Below are positions 60,438 through 64,000 of a stretch of DNA of 64,000 bases, one piece after another. The translations under genes were made by a program, and so were the position numbers. The stretch spans positions 1 through 64,000 of the forward strand of contig CAYXJN010000001.1 in NCBI GenBank assembly GCA_964464605.1, written 5' to 3'. The first letter of the stretch is position 1; the number at the start of each line of letters is the position of its first letter. This DNA is from an uncultured Ignavibacteriales bacterium. GTDB taxonomy: Bacteria; Zixibacteria; MSB-5A5; GN15; FEB-12. The notes under the pieces were generated by a model that searched no databases, was not told the DNA's origin, and was given only the letters and a program-made list of their open reading frames with translations.

Positions 60438-61304
60438 CTACCCTTGCAGTGCATCTGCACCGGATACCACTTCCAAAATCTCTTTCGTAATCTGCGCCTG
60501 ACGAGCCTTGTTATAATCAAGCGTCAGCGTCTGAATCATTTCACCCGCATTCTTGGTCGCGCCGCCCATAGCAACCATTCGGCTGCCATGCTCACTGGCG
60601 AACGATTCCACCAACGCCGTCACCATTTTGGTTAAGGCGTAACCGGGCATAAGCGCGGCGTAAATCTCTTCGGCGTTCGGTTCGAAGATATATTCATTCT
60701 TCGTTCCGCTTTCCGTTTTGATTTCCGGTTTCGGAATCGGCAAATATTGCTCGAGTGAAATCTTATATCGCACGAGCGAAATAAAACGGGTGAACAAGAG
60801 ACTAATATCATCCGTTTCACCGGACACAAATCGATTGCTCAAAAACGTTACGATCGAACGGGCTTTCTGATAATTAAGCGTTCCGCCCCAGTCGCTGAAA
60901 TTAGCGACGATAGGATACGGACGGCGTTTGAAGAAATCGTTGGCGCGTTTACCGATGGTTACGATTTCGACTTCCACACCTTTATTGTCGTTCAACCAAT
61001 TCATCGCGCGGCGCAGAATGTTCGAGTTGAACGATCCGCACAATCCGCGATCAGAGGTGATAACGACTAAGGTGCGGCGTTTGATCGGGCGAGTTTCAAA
61101 AAACGGATGTACGATTTCGCTGGATGAACCGGCCGCAAGATTGCTGAGCATTTCATCCATCTTTTTGCTATACGGACGCGCCTGTTCAACACGCTGCTGT
61201 GCGCGACGCAGTTTCGCTGCCGCCACCATTTCCATCGCTTTCGTGATGCGTTTGGTGGAGGTTACCGCGCGAATTCGCTTTTTTACTTCCCGTAATGTTG
61301 CCAC
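60438..61304 (-). CDS. atpG: ATP synthase gamma subunit
   Basis: ITKAMEMVAAAK, SDRGLCG, ARQAQITKEILEVVSG. Confidence 0.98.
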   Translation of the reverse strand: MATLREVKKRIRAVTSTKRITKAMEMVAAAKLRRAQQRVEQARPYSKKMDEMLSNLAAGSSSEIVHPFFETRPIKRRTLVVITSDRGLCGSFNSNILRRAMNWLNDNKGVEVEIVTIGKRANDFFKRRPYPIVANFSDWGGTLNYQKARSIVTFLSNRFVSGETDDISLLFTRFISLVRYKISLEQYLPIPKPEIKTESGTKNEYIFEPNAEEIYAALMPGYALTKMVTALVESFASEHGSRMVAMGGATKNAGEMIQTLTLDYNKARQAQITKEILEVVSGADALQG

Positions 61305-61315
61305 AATCTACTCGC

Positions 61316-62836
61316 TTACGCCTTGCTCGCTTTGAACTGCGCATTGAAGGCTTCAACGGCATGTTTCAATTTACCGGCGGTGTCATCGGAAATCGTTTTG
61401 TCTTTGGTGAGCACGATTTCGATATCCGGATGGCTCTTTTCGCAGAATGAAAGGAACTCACTCTGCCAGCGACCGATGTCGCCGGTCGGAATTTTATCGA
61501 GATACCCTTTTACACCAGCCCAGATAACCATAACCTGACGAGCCACCGGAAGCGGTACATACTGACCCTGTTTGAGCAGTTCTACCATCGCGGCGCCGCG
61601 GGTCAACTGACGAAGGGTGCCTTCATCAAGATCTGAACCGAACTGCGCGAAAGCAGCGAGGGAGCGATACTGCGCCAAATCGAGTTTGAGCGATCCTGCT
61701 ACCTGACGCATCATTTTCGTCTGCGCGTTACCACCTACACGGGATACTGAGATACCGACGTTAATGGCGGGGCGGACACCGGAGAAAAATAATTCTGATT
61801 CCAAAAATATCTGACCATCGGTAATCGAAATTACGTTGGTCGGAATGTATGCCGACACGTCACCGGCCTGCGTTTCAATAATCGGAAGCGCGGTCAATGA
61901 ACCGCCACCGAGGGCATCTGACAATTTCGCGGCGCGTTCAAGCAAACGTGAGTGGCAATAGAAAATGTCACCGGGGTATGCTTCACGTCCCGGCGGGCGG
62001 CGAAGCAAGAGTGACAACTGACGATAGGCAGTAGCCTGTTTGGACAAGTCATCATATACGCAAAGTGCATGTTGACCATTGTACATAAATTCTTCACCGA
62101 TTGCGGCGCCTGAGTACGGAGCAATGTACTGCAGCGGAGCCGGGTCGGTTGCGGTTGCAGAAACGACAACGGTGTAATCCATCGCGCCATTCTTACGCAG
62201 AATTTCCACAACCTGTGCGACGGTAGAAGCTTTCTGACCGACGGCGACATAGACGCAGAATACGTTTTGACCTTTTTGGTTGATGATCGCATCAATCGCG
62301 ACAGCCGTTTTACCGGTCTGACGGTCACCGATGATCAACTCACGCTGACCACGGCCGATCGGAATCATCGAGTCAATCGCTTTCAAACCGGTTTGAATCG
62401 GTTCTTTTACCGACTGACGCTCAATAACTGATGGCGCGCGACCTTCGATGACACGGAACTTATCCGTGACAATCGGACCTTTGCCATCAAGCGGCTGACC
62501 AAGCGGATTTACCACGCGGCCAAGCATGGCAGGACCAACAGGGACCTGGGCCACTTTACCGGTGCGGCGAACAGTGTCACCTTCTTTAATATTCGTATCG
62601 GGACCGAAGAGAACGGCGCCGACATTATCGGCTTCGAGGTTCAGCACCATACCGAAAATGTCACCCGGAAACTGAATCAACTCCGACATCTGCACGTCGT
62701 TGAGACCCCAAATACGGGCGATCCCATCACCAACCTGCAGAATCGTTCCGACCGATTCCGTTTCAAGACGGGTTTCAAACTTCTCTATTTCCCGTTTCAG
62801 TACCGATGATACTTCTTCCGGATTAAGACCCATCAC
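61316..62836 (-). CDS. atpA: ATP synthase alpha subunit
   Basis: [25 protein letters not shown]. Confidence 0.99.
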   Translation of the reverse strand: MMGLNPEEVSSVLKREIEKFETRLETESVGTILQVGDGIARIWGLNDVQMSELIQFPGDIFGMVLNLEADNVGAVLFGPDTNIKEGDTVRRTGKVAQVPVGPAMLGRVVNPLGQPLDGKGPIVTDKFRVIEGRAPSVIERQSVKEPIQTGLKAIDSMIPIGRGQRELIIGDRQTGKTAVAIDAIINQKGQNVFCVYVAVGQKASTVAQVVEILRKNGAMDYTVVVSATATDPAPLQYIAPYSGAAIGEEFMYNGQHALCVYDDLSKQATAYRQLSLLLRRPPGREAYPGDIFYCHSRLLERAAKLSDALGGGSLTALPIIETQAGDVSAYIPTNVISITDGQIFLESELFFSGVRPAINVGISVSRVGGNAQTKMMRQVAGSLKLDLAQYRSLAAFAQFGSDLDEGTLRQLTRGAAMVELLKQGQYVPLPVARQVMVIWAGVKGYLDKIPTGDIGRWQSEFLSFCEKSHPDIEIVLTKDKTISDDTAGKLKHAVEAFNAQFKASKA

Positions 62837-62886
62837 ATGCTCCTGTTATCTAAAAACTCACACATTTCAAAGTATATAGCGATTAA

Positions 62887-63441
62887 TCAGGCGACTTTTA
62901 CTTTGCCCAACTGATCGCGTAAAACGCTCAGTTCATACCGAACCGAGCCGTCAATAATCTTGTCTTTCAGCATCAAAATCATTCCGCCGAGAATCGCCGG
63001 ATCAACTTTTTCTTCAAGCTGAATTTTCAAACCGGTTTTCTTTTCCAGCTGCTGAATCAAATTGGTACGTTCGCTGTCGTTCAGTTTTACCGCGGTGGTA
63101 ACGAGGACTCGTCCCATTTTGCGGTGTTCTTCCACCAACATCAGAAATTCCTGAATGATGTCGCCCAAAAAGGCGATGCGGTGCTTGTTCAATAAAACGA
63201 TCAGAAACTCAGTCAGCAGTTTTTCGGTTCGTTCACCTATCACCGAACGAACGAGAGATTCTTTTTTGTCATCCATCACGTTGGGCGCGAGCAAGAAGTT
63301 CAGCAGCTGCTTCCCTTCCGGACGCTTCAAAATGACGTTCAACGAATTCATTTGTTCGTAGACGGTATCCAGCACGTTCCTTCCTTTTGCGGACAAGAAC
63401 AATGCCTGTGAATAGGTGCGGGCGACTTCCTGGGCTATCAT
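62887..63441 (-). CDS. atpH: ATP synthase delta subunit
   Basis: ARTYSQALF, VDPAILGG, IIDGS. Confidence 0.93.
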   Translation of the reverse strand: MIAQEVARTYSQALFLSAKGRNVLDTVYEQMNSLNVILKRPEGKQLLNFLLAPNVMDDKKESLVRSVIGERTEKLLTEFLIVLLNKHRIAFLGDIIQEFLMLVEEHRKMGRVLVTTAVKLNDSERTNLIQQLEKKTGLKIQLEEKVDPAILGGMILMLKDKIIDGSVRYELSVLRDQLGKVKVA

Positions 63442-63444
63442 AAA

Positions 63445-63927
63445 TTAGGCTTTCTGCACTCCGTCGATAACCTGGGAAATCAACTCACGATGTTTTGGAT
63501 CATCGAGCCGTTCACGAATGATTTTCTGCGTCGCATTCATCGTGATCGCAACCATCTCGTTCTTCAACTCGACTTTCGCCTTGGCAACTTCCCGCTCCAG
63601 CTCAACTTTAGCTTTGGCGGTGATATCGTTGGCCTCGTGGCGCGCGGTGGTTTTGATTTCTTCCGCGATCCGCTTGCCTTCGTTTACCGCTTCCGCAACT
63701 TTAGCGCGACGTTCTGATTCGATTTCGCGCAGCTTGCTGTCGTAGGTGGAAGCCATCTTGGCTACTTCCTGCTTTTGGTCTTCGATCTTTTTGAACTCAC
63801 CGGCAATGGTAGAACGACGCTCTTCCATAATTGAAAGCAGCGGTCCCCAGGCAAATTTCGCGAGGATCCAAAGCACAATCCCAAAACCCAGCATGTGGGT
63901 AAGAATTAATTGCCAATCAAAACTCAT
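63445..63927 (-). CDS. atpF: ATP synthase F0 b subunit
   Basis: N-terminal TM, LAKFAWGPL...EER, coiled coil; operon position. Confidence 0.93.
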   Translation of the reverse strand: MSFDWQLILTHMLGFGIVLWILAKFAWGPLLSIMEERRSTIAGEFKKIEDQKQEVAKMASTYDSKLREIESERRAKVAEAVNEGKRIAEEIKTTARHEANDITAKAKVELEREVAKAKVELKNEMVAITMNATQKIIRERLDDPKHRELISQVIDGVQKA

Positions 63928-64000
63928 TGTTTCTCCATTTTCTCATCTACAAAATACGCTCACACGCATCCTGAGCCTCGTTGGTGAATTAGCCAGCGAT

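Noticed and set aside
63989..64000. Possible last codons of atpE (I-A-G-stop) at the window edge
   Set aside because: Too short to support beyond expected operon order

Overview
A 64 kb, gene-dense bacterial chromosome segment, mostly housekeeping genes. Two secreted proteins end in Cys-bracketed dockerin-like double repeats, which suggests a Zixibacteria-like (FCB group) organism; this is an inference. From left to right the window holds a SurA/PpiD chaperone, ETF-quinone oxidoreductase, a Spx/ArsC-family gene, an O-methyltransferase, ccmF, ispH, lipA and pdxT. Next come a MacAB-type exporter with two permeases and two dockerin-tailed secreted proteins (a type-1 copper cupredoxin, and a CxxCH/Reeler-like/TSP3-repeat protein). 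These are followed by ferredoxin, DUF899, tpx, ppa, GNAT and TetR genes; ino1-tmk-S41 protease-HAD-Man1P guanylyltransferase; sugar-nucleotide genes; lptB-rpoN-glpX-hpf; glmS, glmM, suhB; a heterodimeric ABC exporter; and etfB. The right end has a small basic histone-tail/Myb-like gene, rnc-fabF-acpP-fabG-fabD-fabH-plsX-rpmF, a split glycosyltransferase inserted between yceD and rpmF, an AT-rich NucS-type nuclease, a DUF4328-like gene and atpCDGAHF. I saw no tRNA, rRNA, CRISPR array or transposase. The best leads are: (i) redox-type domains carrying dockerin tags; (ii) the histone-tail/Myb-like gene enclosed by a perfect 12-bp inverted repeat just downstream of rnc; (iii) the three-piece glycosyltransferase insert in the yceD-rpmF-fab operon; (iv) a probable horizontally acquired restriction-type nuclease; (v) many apparently leaderless genes. 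All family calls come from motif recognition, not database searches.
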